From the human T2T-CHM13v2.0 reference genome, Homo sapiens, in NCBI RefSeq assembly GCF_009914755.1, contig NC_060934.1: a DNA stretch of 64,000 nt. One strand, 5' to 3'. Positions within the stretch are counted from its first letter, which is position 1. Each line of letters begins with the position of its first letter. This document shows positions 47,141 to 61,749 of this stretch, in pieces. The notes beneath the pieces were generated by a model. It searched no databases. It was not told the DNA's origin and worked only from the letters and a program-made list of their open reading frames with translations. A program made the position numbers and the translations under genes.

Positions 47141-47858
47141 TGAGACGAGGTCTCGCCCAGGTTGAGTGCAGTGCATGCGATCATAGCTCACTGTAACCTT
47201 GAACTCCAGGGCTCAAGTGATCCTCCCACAACTGTGCAAATCTTAATTGTCACTTTCAATTTGCACTTACTGGACTTAGCCAGAGAAGGGGAGACATTTT
47301 GAGAGGCTACTCTCATTTATTGAGATTTGACACTAACTTGTTCCAGGTACAATGCTAGAGCTTTATACAGATAATCTTATTGATCTTGTTAACAATTCCA
47401 TCAGGTGGATGTGGTGGACTGTCTCAGAGAGGTAAAGTGACTTCCCAAAGGTTTCCTAATTAGAGCAAGGCAGAGCCAGGATCAAACCCAGGTGACTCTA
47501 TCTTGAAAACCTTGGATTTTCCTCTAGGCCACCTGCCTGTGCTAGAAGCTCTCAACCCTGGCTCCCCTGCAGAATTGTCTCTCATAAGACTTTTAAAGCA
47601 CAGTGTCAGGGTCCCACCCCAGACCTACTGAATATTTGGGGAGAAGTCTTAGCATGTATGTATTTTTAAGTTGCATGAGTGATGATTCTGATGCATACTC
47701 AGGGTAGAGAAACACAAATCAAGTGGTTAATTTAGATCACTGAAAGTAGACCAGGCTAGAAAGATTCAGTGTTACAATTAAGTTTATGATCTAGGCTAGA
47801 AAGAGATGACAATATTATCAACTTATCTACCATCCAAAGCAGTGCTTCTCAAACTTGA

Positions 47859-48002
47859 CCATGCCTAGGAATGCTCTGATGATTTTGATAAAATGCAGAG
47901 CCTGGCTCAGCAGATCTGGAGAGGTCTGTTTCTGTAGTTCTAAGAACCTCCCAGATGATGCTGATGCCATTGATCTGCAATCACATTTTGAGTAACAAGG
48001 TC
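47859..48002. mobile_element. MER5A-like hAT element (MER5-like neighbour at ~47545-47715)
   Basis: cagtgcttctcaaactt...ctcccagatgatgctgatgc...cacattttgagtaacaagg. Confidence 0.65.
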
Positions 48003-48296
48003 TGGGGGACCAAGAGTTCAAGCTGTGGATGGGAAATATCCACTGGCTACCAAGGGATGAAGGTGGAATCCTAATATTGTTTTTTGGAGCACTATGTTTT
48101 TCAAAAGTCTCTGACCACCTTCACAAATAACTGAAAAGGCAGAGTTTTGGTGATGGTGCCTGCTGGTCTCATCATTCATTCCTTTATCCCCTTTGCATGG
48201 CCTTGCCAGGTTGCAGAGGATGATCAGAGTTGTTCTGTGATAGATGTTTGGGTGTCAGTAATGTTTAGTAGTTTCAGTTTTTAATAAAGACATTTC

Positions 48297-48597
<301 letters not shown>

Positions 48598-49083
48598 GAC
48601 ATTTCATTCAGTTGAAGCTCAGAGTAGACTTTTTTATTCCCTTCTAGGTCAAAATGAAGGTTCTTTGCATAGCAAGAAAAAATGACTGTCCAAAGCCATG
48701 CGGCTGCTCCGTAGCCTACTATCCCTAAGAAAGAATTTCTTCCCTTCTTACTTGACTAACCATGCTGTTTAAAATGAAAGAATCAGTACGATTTCATTGT
48801 AATGATAACTGCTATCTGAATTCCTCTGAATAAAATGTCTTCATTTAAAAATGGTATTAGTCCTGCCCTGTAATTTTCTGGGGTAGACATTTATATTGAA
48901 AGTTCAAAAACCAGATCAAAAGGCACTAGGAAATTACCAGACCAATGTAAGAAATTGGTGAGCTGAAGAGGAAAATTTTTCTCAAGTCAATGTAAACACT
49001 AAAGCCTAGCACAAGCTAGACAGTGATTAAAACAATTATTTCAATTAAATTATTTGTGCCTATATATATTTAAAGATACTCAC

Positions 49084-49185
49084 TGCTATGCTTCCTTCTG
49101 GGAGTTTTGCTGGCTGATCTGTATAAGGCATCTTCTTAACTTCAAAGGACACCAGGGATGCAAGAGCATAGGGATCATTTTTTCT
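49084..49185 (-). CDS. ITGA8: Integrin alpha-8 third-from-last exon (exon 28 by recalled numbering), membrane-proximal ectodomain, 34 aa
   Basis: Minus strand: ttttactttcag|AGA AAA AAT GAT ... AGC ATA GCA|gtgagt; 102 nt, phase 0-0; RKNDPYALASLVSFEVKKMPYTDQPAKLPEGSIA. Confidence 0.96.
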
Positions 49186-49344
49186 CTGAAAGTAAAAGTA
49201 TTTATTTAAATATATTTCATATAAAGTTTTTAAGAGTTATACTGGCAGCCACCTAATTATTTTTGGTGTTTTGCATTTCAAGGCAAAATTTCCTCCTTCC
49301 TTTTTAATTTTCTCTCTTTTAACTTTTTTTTCCTCCCACCCAAG

Positions 49345-49460
49345 CATTCATCCATCCACCCACACATCCATCCATCCATGCATCCATCCATCTAAGCGTC
49401 GAAGCGTGAATCCATCTATCCAAGCATCCATCTATCCAAGCATCCATCTATCCATCCATT
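49345..49460. repeat. (CATC)n degenerate tetranucleotide repeat
   Basis: cattcatccatccacc...catccatctatccaag x2. Confidence 0.85.
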
Positions 49461-49652
49461 TATCTTCTTCCTATTTCTAAGGAGAATTTATCTCATTAAT
49501 AAAAGACTGTGTATAATAAGGTTAAAATAAAAACAGAAAATCAGAGTCCTAAAAAGGAGCAAGCAAAGAATTTATATAGTTACTGCTAGTGAAGGACAAA
49601 GGAGAAACATAATGGGTGACAAAATTCTTATCAGATGGACGGAAATATTTTA

Positions 49653-49993
<341 letters not shown>

Positions 49994-50028
49994 TCGTAGT
50001 ATATTTCACAGATTACACAAGACTCACA

Positions 50029-50537
<509 letters not shown>

Positions 50538-50789
50538 ACCTAGAGCCAAACAGTGTTTTTAACAGAGCTTCTCAGTGAAAGCTCTGTTTGTTTAATAGGG
50601 TCTCATATTAACTGTTGATAAAAGTCAATGTTAAAATATTTAAGAGTGACTCAGGAAGGCTGCTTGGAGAACTGAAGCTTCTGTGGCTCTCTTTTGTTGG
50701 ATACAATGGTTCGATCTACCCAGTGCTGGGTCCTAACTGGCTCATCATGGCTCTTGAGACCCAAGTGTTAATCATTTCAAGACTTTTTG

Positions 50790-51125
50790 GGTGCCGGTTG
50801 TTAAACAGAGCCATTATTACAACTTAAATTATATAAATGTAAACTTAAGTAAATTATATTTCTAAAAAAAAGGTAATAAATACTCAAAACCTCATGCTTG
50901 CTATTTTATTACATTTGACTATTATCTGTGCTCAGGATGTGATTTATGTCTACTGTATCTGTAAGAGGAAACACTACATAATGGTGTGGGACCTGGCATC
51001 TCTTCCCAGCTCTGTATTCCGTGACGATCATGGTGGTGGCTTGAAATCAGTGGCAAATGTTACGGATCGGGGCTCTTTTTCCTTCCCAGAAAGTAGTTAG
51101 TAAAAATCTACCAGTACATCACTGT
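50790..51125. mobile_element. MER63-like hAT element
   Basis: aaattatataaa...tactgtatctg...ggcttgaaatc...accagtacatcactg. Confidence 0.55.
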
Positions 51126-51843
51126 CTATAATCCAATGTTGGGCCTCATGAGTCCAATAATTTTCCTTAAATATTTTTTACAAAGTTCTTTTTCCCCTGT
51201 GGCAGAATTTTTTTCTCCATTAGATAAACGCTTTTTTCCTCTACATGGTAAGGGCAGGACATAGTATGTAACTTTTATATACTTAAAGTTACAATATCTT
51301 TGAATGTTTCTTTCTACTCCTACCCTCCAGAATAAACAACTCTACTCATTTGGGAAAATTCCTTTTTGGATGTTATTCTAATGATCTCTTCTCTCTTAGC
51401 ATTTCCATTTTAACTAAAAGTCGGAGTTTTGTTTGTTTGAGAAGGGTTTTTATACAATTCGGAAACTTTTGCTCATAAAATCATGTGTGTACCTGGTGAT
51501 TTCAATCTAATTTCCTTGCTATCCTCACTGATAGAAACAAGAGAAACTCTAGTAATGAGATCTTGTGGGTAAGGATTATAATTATATTCTCAAATGCGTT
51601 TCCATGCTCCCAAACCTCCAATGAAGAAGTTTTCTTTTATCTCCAAGTTCAATAAAAAATTGATAGAAAATATTACTGTTCTTGAAGTCATGTCTTTGAT
51701 AAATAGTTTGAAAACTGCATCTCTGCATCAAAATCTTTCTAGATGGAACGCTTTTCTCTTACAGATTCTGCATTTATAAATGCGAAAGTTTCCTAATGCA
51801 TCATAGACAGCATTTGAACTCTAGGATGTAGAATGTGGATTAA

Positions 51844-52254
<411 letters not shown>

Positions 52255-52818
52255 TGACTGCCGTTTCTGGTGGTTGCTGAACTTCAGACATATCTGAGAT
52301 CAGTCTCAGAGATTCTGATTCAGTGAGACTGAGATGAGACTGTATCTGACATATTTTTTGGAAGGTTCACATTGTTGTTTAATTTTTAATTTTTCTCTAT
52401 TACTTTTCTCCCCAACTATATGATACAAAGATGCAAGGCATATTCCTTGGAATATAATGTCTATATCTTCTACAGAACCTAGAACAATGTGCACAGGAGA
52501 GCTTGCTTAATCAATACTGGATCTCTGACCACATGAATGAAGGGTGAATGAACACATCTAATGCTTTGGTCATTTGACGACCCTCCCACTCCATGTACCA
52601 TCCATTTGATGGCAATTATGAAAGATCTTTCCATTATTGAATTGGACACCCTTTCCTTTCTCCCTTTAATTAGAGTAAGCAATTCAGGAAGTTGTAAAAG
52701 GTGATAGTGATATAAGATGAGGGCTACAGTTCCTTTGAAGGGGATATTGATAAGCTCTCACCTCCTCAATCTAATTGGTGTGTGCCTGGACGTAGCCTGG
52801 GGTGCTAGCAAATAATAG

Positions 52819-54222
52819 TGAGAGGTGACAGCATGCTGGCAGCCCTCACAGCCCTCGCTCGCTCTCGGCGCCTCCTCTGCCTGGGCTCCAACTTTGGCGG
52901 CACTTGAGGAGCCCTTCAGCCCGCGGCTGCACTGTGGGAGCCCCTTCCTGGGCTGGCTGAGGCCGGAGCCGGCTCCCTCAGCTTGCGGGGAGGTGTGGAG
53001 GGAGAGGCACGGGGGGAGAGGCGCAGGCGGGAACCTGGGCTGCGTGCGGTGCTTGCGGGCCAGTGTGAGTTCCGCGGGTGAGTGTGGGCTATGAGGGGCT
53101 TAGCACCCGGGCCAGCGGCTGCGGTAGGTGTGCTGGGTCCCCCAGCAGTGCCGGCCCACCGGTGCTGTGCTGGATTTCTCCCTGGGCCTTAGCTGCCTCC
53201 CCCAGGGGCAGGGCTCGGGACCTGCAGCCCGCCATGCCTGAGCCTCCCCCCACCCTCCGTGGGCTCCTGTGCAGCCCGAGCCTCCCTGACGCGCACCGCC
53301 CCCTGCTCCACGGTACCCAGTCCCATCAACCACCCAAGGGCTGAGGAGTGTGGGCACAGGGCACGGGACTGGCAGGCAGCTCCACCTGCGGCGCCGGTGC
53401 GGGATCCACTAGGCGAAGCCAGCTGGGCTCCTGACTGGTAGGGACTTGGAGAACCTTTATGTCTAGCTAGGGGATTGTAAATACACCAATCGGCACTGTG
53501 TATGTAGCTCAAGGTTTGTAAACACACCAATCAGCACCCTGTGTCTAGCTCAGGGTTTGTGAATGCACCAATCCACACTCTGTATCTAGCTTCTCTGGTG
53601 GGGACTTGGAGAACCTTTATGTCCACACTCTGTATCTAGCTAATCTAGTGGAGACGTGGAGAACCTTTGTGACTAGCTCAGGGATTGTAAACGCACCAAT
53701 CAGCACCCTGTCAAAACAGACCACTGGGCTCTCTGTAAAATGGACCAATCAGCAGGATGTGGGTGGGGCCAGATAAGAGAATAAAAGCAGGCTGCCTGGG
53801 ACAGCAGTGGCAACCTGCTGGGGTCCCCTTCCACACTGTGGCAGGTTTGTTCTTTTGCTGTTTGCAATAAATCTTGCTGCTGCTCCCTCTTTGGGTCCAC
53901 GCTGCCTTTATGAGCTGTAACACTCACCTCGAAGGTCTGCAGCTTCACTCCTGAAGCCAACCAGACCACAAACCCACCGGGAGGAACGAATAACTCCGCG
54001 CTGCCTTAAGAGCTGTTAACATTCACCGAGAAGGTCCGCAGCTTCACTCCTGAGCCAGCGAGACCACGAACCCACCAGAAGGAAGAAACTCTGAACACAT
54101 CCGAACATCAGAAGGAACAAACTCTGGACACGCTGCCTTTAAGAACTGTAACACTCATCGCGAGGGTCTGCGGCTTCGTTCTTGAAGTCGGTGAGACCAA
54201 GAACCCACCAATTCCGGGCACA
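52819..54222 (+). mobile_element. LTR12C-like (ERV9) solo LTR, antisense to ITGA8
   Basis: Starts TGAGAGGTGACAGCATGCTGGCAGCCCTCACAGCCCTCGCTCGCTCTCGGCG and ends CCAATTCCGGGCACA; CpG-rich U3; repeated CCAAT units; AGATAAG at 53771 and AATAAA at 53780. Confidence 0.92.
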
Positions 54223-55867
54223 GTAAGATAAGCAAACAGCCTGTAACACCACCTCTCCTAGATCAATCTGTTTTTTGTTTTGAACGCATTCTTCAAAAGT
54301 AAGGTTTCTTCCACCCTTGTTGGAAGGAAAAAAAAATGCATCTTCACTTTTAAAGAATGCTCTGGAGCTCCAAGGAATGGAAAACGTGGTTTATTAGACT
54401 GATCAGCAGAGTCAGCATCAAAGATACCCAAGTTCTGCGTTGTAGATCAGAGGCATGGCACAGGTGAGTATTTAATAACTCATGGAAAGCAATTACGGGC
54501 AGAGGTGTAATAGTGATTCCACATCCAAAGTTAAATGCTTCCAGTTGTGCTCTTTATGTAACAATAGTATTATTCTTATGTTCAATATAACCTCTCTCCC
54601 ATATAGCAATCTACTCATGTAATAGCAATCACTGCCACATTGTAGGCAATTTAGGATTGAAAACCCAGCTGGGGTTAATATCCCTTGGCAACAATGAGGA
54701 CCTTCGTCTTGCCCCAGCTGGCTATTAATCCCCAGAAAATGCCTTGCTCGTCTGTCATTACCGCATCATTTAAACCATGGTTTGTAGCTCACTGGCTGTC
54801 TCTATCATGCACTTTTGCACAATGATTTGCTTATAGGCATGGTACCAATAAAAGTGAGTTGGTAACAAACGGAGGAGTTAGCGACCTAGTGTGTCAGGCA
54901 ATGACACAAGCTCTCCCACTCCCAACTTCCAGCTGCTTAATTCCTTCCCAATAATTATTTTAAAGCACATATCCATTTTATGTAGCCCGTTTTGAAATAT
55001 TCAATATTTACCAGAAACCAAGCCTTTTGAGGTGACAAAACCTAAGGAATTAGTGGCAAAACTTTCACCTGTAAAGGAAATTTCTATTTCAAGCAACAAT
55101 CACAGAATAGGGGACCATTTAGGATTAACCTACATACAATCTGTTTCTGACCAGTTTGCATGTTCGTTACATGGACAGAAACCAACATAACGCAACAAGT
55201 CATATCCACCAAGAATTGTAAACTTTCTAGCCTGGATTAGGAGGGCAGAAAACGTTTCCCTCTTCCTGGTTTGTATGACAAAACTGTTAATAGGCCCCAA
55301 TGTACAGTGTATTCTTAGATTATAATAACGCATTCCTCTTTAGGATTTGGCACCTGACACTGAAATAAGCAGAAACTGTGGCAGTGCAGAAATTTGGGCT
55401 AAGGATGTGGGTGAGCACACAGCGAATTGTACCCGTCTTTCCCATATCTCTGGAAGTGATGCTTTTCCCTAGGACTTCAAAATGTTGCTACAGATTCTTC
55501 TTTTCTGACTCTACTTGCACTAAATATTTATTGTTTCCAAAGCCACTCAATTACTATTGACTTTTTGCAGACACCGGGTCTTCTTTAACAGGGAAACGAA
55601 GATGTAACTTTCACTCAATCAGCCTCCTACCGGAATAGAATGTCGTGTATGGAACTGAAGTGTGTGGGCTAAAATAGTAACTTTCCCCTACACTCTAGTG
55701 TCATAATGATAGGAGTCCTGCCTCATTGAAAAGTTGTTCTCCCTCTTTTTGGTAGGACGTGATGCTCAAAAGTAACAGGAGGAATGTGTTGTTGTCATTT
55801 AGGTTGTATAGACTTGGGAATTCGTTAAGGCACCTCTCTTCCAACTCTTGGATAAAAAGTAACAATT

Positions 55868-56170
55868 GGCTGGGCACAGTGTCTCATGCCTGTAATCCCG
55901 GTGCCTTGGAAGGCCAAGGCAAGAGGATCACTTGAACCCAGCAGTTTGAGACAAGCCTGGGTAGCACAGTGAGACTTCATCTCTACAAAAAACAAAACAA
56001 AACAAAAAAAAAACACAAAAATTAGCCAGGTCTGGTGGCATGGGTCTGTAGTCCCAGACAATCAGAAGGCTGAGGTGGGAGGAACCTGGAAGTTTGAGGC
56101 TGCAATGAGATGTGATTGCACCACTGCACTTCAACAGAGTAAGACCCTGTTTCTAAGAAAACAATAAAAA
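55868..56170 (+). mobile_element. Alu (J-like)
   Basis: Diverged dimer. Confidence 0.85.
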
Positions 56171-56243
56171 GCAACAGCCAATCAATAGAGTGATCATAAG
56201 CAAATCAACTAAATGCAAGTGGTTCAGTCATCCTGGGTATTCA

Positions 56244-56605
<362 letters not shown>

Positions 56606-56641
56606 TTAGAAAAGCAGAATCTAATTTGAAAAGGCCAGTGA

Positions 56642-56699
56642 ACATTGTGCACATGGTACCCTAAAACTTAAAGTATAATAATAATAATAAAAAAGAAAA
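56642..56699 (+). mobile_element. Extremely 5'-truncated L1PA 3' terminus
   Basis: acattgtgcacatggtaccctaaaacttaaagtataataataataataaaaaagaaaa matches the last ~40 nt of primate L1 plus tail. Confidence 0.85.
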
Positions 56700-57679
56700 T
56701 GTTCAAGTTTATGACAAATTGTTAAGGTGTTAAAATGACATCATTTTTGTTCAGTCTAAAGAAGTGCTTTTAATTTAGTTTAGTGCTAATAAATGCATGC
56801 CAACAAAATAATTAAATGATAAAAAGACTCAGATGACAATTTATCATGAGGAGGCTAACACTTGGATTCTCTGAATTATTAAACTTAGAATTAGGTTTTC
56901 TTTGAACTCAGGACAACTTGTATTTGAAGTTCCAAATTTTATGAAAGACCCTTCAAGAAACCACCTGACATTTTCAGGTAAAGGTTTTTTTTTTTTTTTT
57001 TTTTTAACGTTTCCTTAGAAGACAAGGGAATGGACAGACTGGTTATAAACTATACAAAGATCTATGTGTAGCATTTCTGGAAGATATGTTGTATGCAAAT
57101 ATATAGGATATTTTGCAAAGCTGCTTTGGGGTGTGTGCTTGCTTCTTCCATTTCAACTACAGAATAGAGGGAAGCTTGCCTCTCACTTCCTCAAAGTGAG
57201 AAGGAGTTCGTGACTGGCTCTGATCATGGAACCTACCTCAAACGAGGCAACAGAATTCTGATTGAATGTCACTAAGGGTCTCTAGTCTCTGTCTCAGTAG
57301 ATGAAATAAAAGGTATCAAAACACCTCATCCCTTTGAATCTGTCTCCTGGTTGTGTCCAAGGAGCATGGTGAGTTGCAGCCAACATTATTCATCACCATG
57401 ACTCTTCCCCAGGTTAAGTCTAGATAAATTATGTCAGCATTGTGGGTTGAGGCCTTGCACTACTCAGACATTTGACACTATCTCCCCTTTGGAAGTGGAC
57501 CAGAAGCTGAGCCAGTATGACCCAATACTGCGGGTCATTATTTTGGGCAGGAAATAAAAGAACAATCATGACTCTTTGGACTTGTCTCTGTTCCCTGAGA
57601 TCCTGAATTGTCTGCCTTATGGAACTGAAAAGAATCAAATTAGGGTGTGGCTCAAAGAGGAAAGGCAGCCTAATTCTTA

Positions 57680-58475
57680 TTTATTTTTACTGATATCTAT
57701 TAGCTGCATGCATTTTGGAGGTACATGTGATATTTTGTTACCTGTATGCAATGTGTAATGATCAACTCAGGGCAATTGGGGTATCTGTCACCTCAAACAT
57801 TTGTCTTTTCTTTGCATTGGGAACATTACTGATATGATTTGGCTGTGTCCCCACCCAAATCTCACCTTGAATTGTAATAATCCCCAGTGTCAAGGGTGGG
57901 GCCGGGTGGAGATAATTGAATCACAGGGTGATTTCTCCCCTACTGTTCTTGTTGTAAGTCTCATGAGATCTGATGGTTTTATAAATGGGAGTTCCCCTGC
58001 ACATGCTCTCTTGCCGCCATGTAAGACATGCTTTTGCTTCTCCTTTGCCTTCTGCTATGATTGTGAGGCCTCCCCAGCCATGTGGAACTGTGAGTCAATT
58101 AAACATCTTTCCTTTGTAAATTACCCAGTCTCAGGTATGTTTTCATTAGCAGCATGAAAACATACTAATACAATTACAAATCTTCCTTCTAGCTACTTTG
58201 AAATAGACAATAAATTATTGTTAACTATAATCTCCCCACTGTACTACTGACTATCAGAACTTATTCCTTCTGACCGTATTTTTGTACCCTTTAACCAACC
58301 TCTTTTCATCCCTGTTCCCCACCTTCCCTTCCCAGCCTCTGGTAATGATGAATCTGCTCTCTGCCTCCATGAGATCCACCCTTTTAGCTCCCACATAGGA
58401 GTGAGAACATGTGATATTTGTCTTTCTGTGCCTGGCTTATTTCACTTAACATAGCCTCCAGTTCCATCCATGTTC
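57680..58475 (-). mobile_element. L1MA-like 3' end, split by THE1
   Basis: ...tacatgtgatattttgttac...ttttagctcccacataggagtgagaacatgtgatatttgtctttctgtgcctggcttatttcacttaacat matches an L1 3'UTR in reverse. Confidence 0.8.
57830..58172 (+). mobile_element. THE1 (MaLR) solo LTR nested in an L1 3' fragment
   Basis: tgatatgatttggctgtgtccccacccaaatctc...actaataca with 5-bp TSD ATTAC on both sides. Confidence 0.9.
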
Positions 58476-58760
58476 TCTCCTCAGTTTGGAAGCCTTCTCA
58501 TCTCAACCTGGAGGGTTTCAGTTTGAAAGATGTAAGAAAATGAGATGCTCGCCTCTGCCCAAAATGCAAGAAGTCTTTGCTAAACTCACTAAATCAGAAC
58601 AGCTTGTGGCTTGAGGGAGGATAAGGTGCAAGTATTTGGGAGGAAAGCCAAATGTCGTAACAAACATGAGCCCAAGCTCCTCATGGAAGATTCTTCTGGT
58701 GAATGGGCTGGCTGGGCACAGATGTCAGCATAGGTGCATTCTTGGCTGTACCTGTGCTTT

Positions 58761-59376
58761 TGAGGTATGGGACTGACAGGACTTGTTTTCTGGTCACAAC
58801 CCTGATGACTAAAACAAGACCTGGTATAGACAGGATGAAGGGAAGAAACTGGCTGAAGGCAGCCAGTAGCTACTAAAGCAATCCCTAGCTGCCTTCATTG
58901 CTCATCAGCATAAGACACTCCCGCCAGCACCATGACAGTTTACAAATGCCATGGCAACAGCCCAGAAGTTATTGCCCATTTCCATGGCAACGACCTGGAA
59001 GTTATTGCCCCTTTGCTAGAGAGTTCTGAATAACTTGCCCTTCAATTTGCATTCACCCACCCCTTAAGTTGCATATAATTGAACATGGGTATAAGTGGAT
59101 ATAAAGAGAGTTGCCAAGAGCCCAGCAAGTCCAGCTCTGTGTGTGCTGCCTAGGAGTTAGCCCTGCTCCTCAGGCAGCAGGTCCAGTTCAATAAAAGGCT
59201 GTTGGAGATTGTGACTTTCCTTACATCCTCTCATAAAGAATGAACCCCTTTTTGCCACAAGCAGTGTCACCTGTCACCTGAAAAGGCAACATAGGGTTGC
59301 TTGAATTCTTTTCTGAATGAAGCCAAGAATGCTCATGGGCTAAGCCCCAATTTTGGGGTTCACCTGCCCTGCATCA
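58761..59376 (+). mobile_element. MER41-family ERV1 solo LTR
   Basis: TG...CA termini with perfect 4-bp TSD CTTT (58757-60 and 59377-80); ccatgacagtttacaaatgccatggcaac motif and ...ggctaagccccaattttgggg...gccctgcatca end. Confidence 0.8.
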
Positions 59377-60277
59377 CTTTGGCATCTCAAACGAAGCCAT
59401 CAAGGTGGTATTTCCAGAGACCCCAGAGAAAGGCATCAAAAATCACTTCTTGTTCACTTTGTTCAAAGGTATCACAAGTTTTTACATTTCTAGAATATCT
59501 GCTGCTTCCTGAGCTACTCGCCTTAGGCCATGAGGGATAATTTGTTGTGATCTCATTTGTTGGTTAGTTTTGACTGGTTTCATTTTAAATAGACAAGGAC
59601 TTGTGTACCAGCCAAGCCTAACATTTGGCCTGAGATGTTTCATTCATTAAAGCATTATGAGTAGTATCCTGTGTCAGGTGATACAAGGGCTGGGAAGAAG
59701 ATTCAAAGACAAGAAAACATTCCTCCTGCTCTTGAGGAGCTTACCCTCTGATGTCAACTACAGATATATTTTTGGGAAGATTCCTCCACTTTCCCTCCCA
59801 AAACAACTTCCTAACACAACCTCACAAGTTTTTTTTTTTTTCATTACATATGGCAGAATTTCAATATTTTATTCACTTAGCAAATATGAATCCAAAAGTT
59901 TACTTGCATGGTTCCTGCTTATATCTAAGCTTTGAATTAAAGCCAGTACATTCGGCCCCTTGGTCTACATATCACCTCGTTTTGCTGTCTTTGCTCACTA
60001 GTCAGGAGGGCGAGCAGGAGGCTGTTGTGTTTATTCAAACCTGTAACATCACACTTAGGGAAAAATAGATTCCTGATAGAGATTTTGCCTTTTAAGGTGG
60101 CCAATGACACTGTTATGGGGCAAAGGGGGCCTAATTCTTACTTTACGAGGGGATATAAGGAAAGTCACAAAGCTATTATTAAACACAGTCCAGGTCTATA
60201 ATCATAGATACAATAATTGATTGTATGATCGAATCTTGCAATTTTGAATGGAAATATGCTTCCCTAACATTTTAAAA

Positions 60278-60470
60278 CAGTGCTGCTGCATAGAACTTTC
60301 TTCAATAGAGAAATGCTCTTAATCTGCACAGACCAATGCAGGAGCCATGAGCTGTGACTCTTAAATACTTAAGATGTGACTGGTGAGACTGGGGAAATGA
60401 ATTTTAAACTTTAGTCAAATTGAAATACTTTAAATAGCCACACATGACTATTACTACTGTATTGGACAGT
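60278..60470. mobile_element. MER3-like hAT element
   Basis: cagtgctg...atagaactttct...gtgactggtgagactggggaaatgaatttt...aaatagccaca...gtattggacag. Confidence 0.65.
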
Positions 60471-60689
60471 ATAATTCAAGAATCATAAGATGTTTTCTTT
60501 ATTGGATTCTGAAATAGCATGCTATACAATTTAAATATCTTGAAAAATTTTAATACACAGTATTTAAAACCTTTATATAGTAGTTATAGTATAGTTATCC
60601 ATAATTTAAGAGTTATAGTTTAGCTATCCGTAATACAGTGATCAAAATATAAAATCCACAGAGGCTGTTATAGTAATCTTTAGTTCAGC

Positions 60690-60920
60690 AGTCTAGTGTA
60701 GTAACATACATAGGGTAAAAGCTCAAGATTCTCCCCCTTACTATCTATGTGACTCGGGAAGGCCATATAATATCTATGTCTCAGTTTGCTCATCTGTAAA
60801 ATGCAGCTGACAATAATAATACATGTCCCACAGGATTGCTGTAAGAATTAAATGAGTCATTCATATACAAGCATGTATCATGGTGCTTAGCTACATGGCG
60901 ATCACTCAATAGTAATCTGA
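60690..60920 (+). mobile_element. MIR (other MIR pieces at ~6585-6715, 37905-38030, 47310-47540, 61130-61260)
   Basis: atgtgactcggga...tctcagtttgctcatctgtaaaatg...aggattgctgtaagaattaaatgag. Confidence 0.7.
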
Positions 60921-61749
60921 CTATTTGCAGACAAACATCCCTCTTTGGAAAGATTGGCGGGCTGTTCCTTAAGCGTAAAGAGCCATTTAGATGTAGTCTG
61001 TCTCGGTCAACCAAAACATCAACACAATAAAAAAGTAGGCTATTAAGAGCATACAGAGTTATTGCTGGCTTACACCAAGTAGAATAAACACCATAAATTA
61101 CTTGTGAGCTACCTATAGAATCAGTGAATTTTCAGGCATGAAAGGAGACTTTAGTCAAATCTCTTCATTTTACAAATAGGGAATTTGAGCCCCATGAAAG
61201 TTAAGTGCTTTGAACACAACCAGGCAGGAATGGAACTGAGCTCCTGCATCCTGACCCAGTATCTACCAGAGACAGAGAAAATAGACTCTGTCTAATGTTA
61301 GTCAGGGGCATATCTCCTAGAACTTGAATTTAATGTATGTCTGTAGTTTTTTGCACATCACTTTGCTAATAGGCAGTTTTCACATATGAAATTCAAAAAT
61401 ATGCTCACCCCTGTGTTTACTCACACACTTTTGCCAATATTTACCCAAACTGCAAGAGCATCTGCACTGCATCTCCAGCCCCACTCAAGCCTTCAGATGA
61501 CTTCAGCCCCAACTGTTCTGGTTCAAAATGTTGCCCATTTAGTGATAATGTCTAAGAGTAGATGGAAAATGTATGCAGTGAACAGAGTCATAACAAAACC
61601 AATTTAAACCCTAATTAATTGCTTTCTTCTCATATTAGTAAGGTTGGTGAAGTAGTTTAAGGAGCATATTTACTAGATTAAAGAAATTGGTGCAATACTG
61701 TAGCAAAATAGAGTCAGGCTTTGTTAGTGGGGATGGAAGATTATTGATT

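Noticed and set aside
46829-47196. Charged E/K/R-rich and F/L/P/S-rich ORFs
   Set aside because: These are translations of the (CCTT)n tract.
52825-53969. GC-rich ORFs / CpG-island gene promoter
   Set aside because: All lie inside the LTR12C element.
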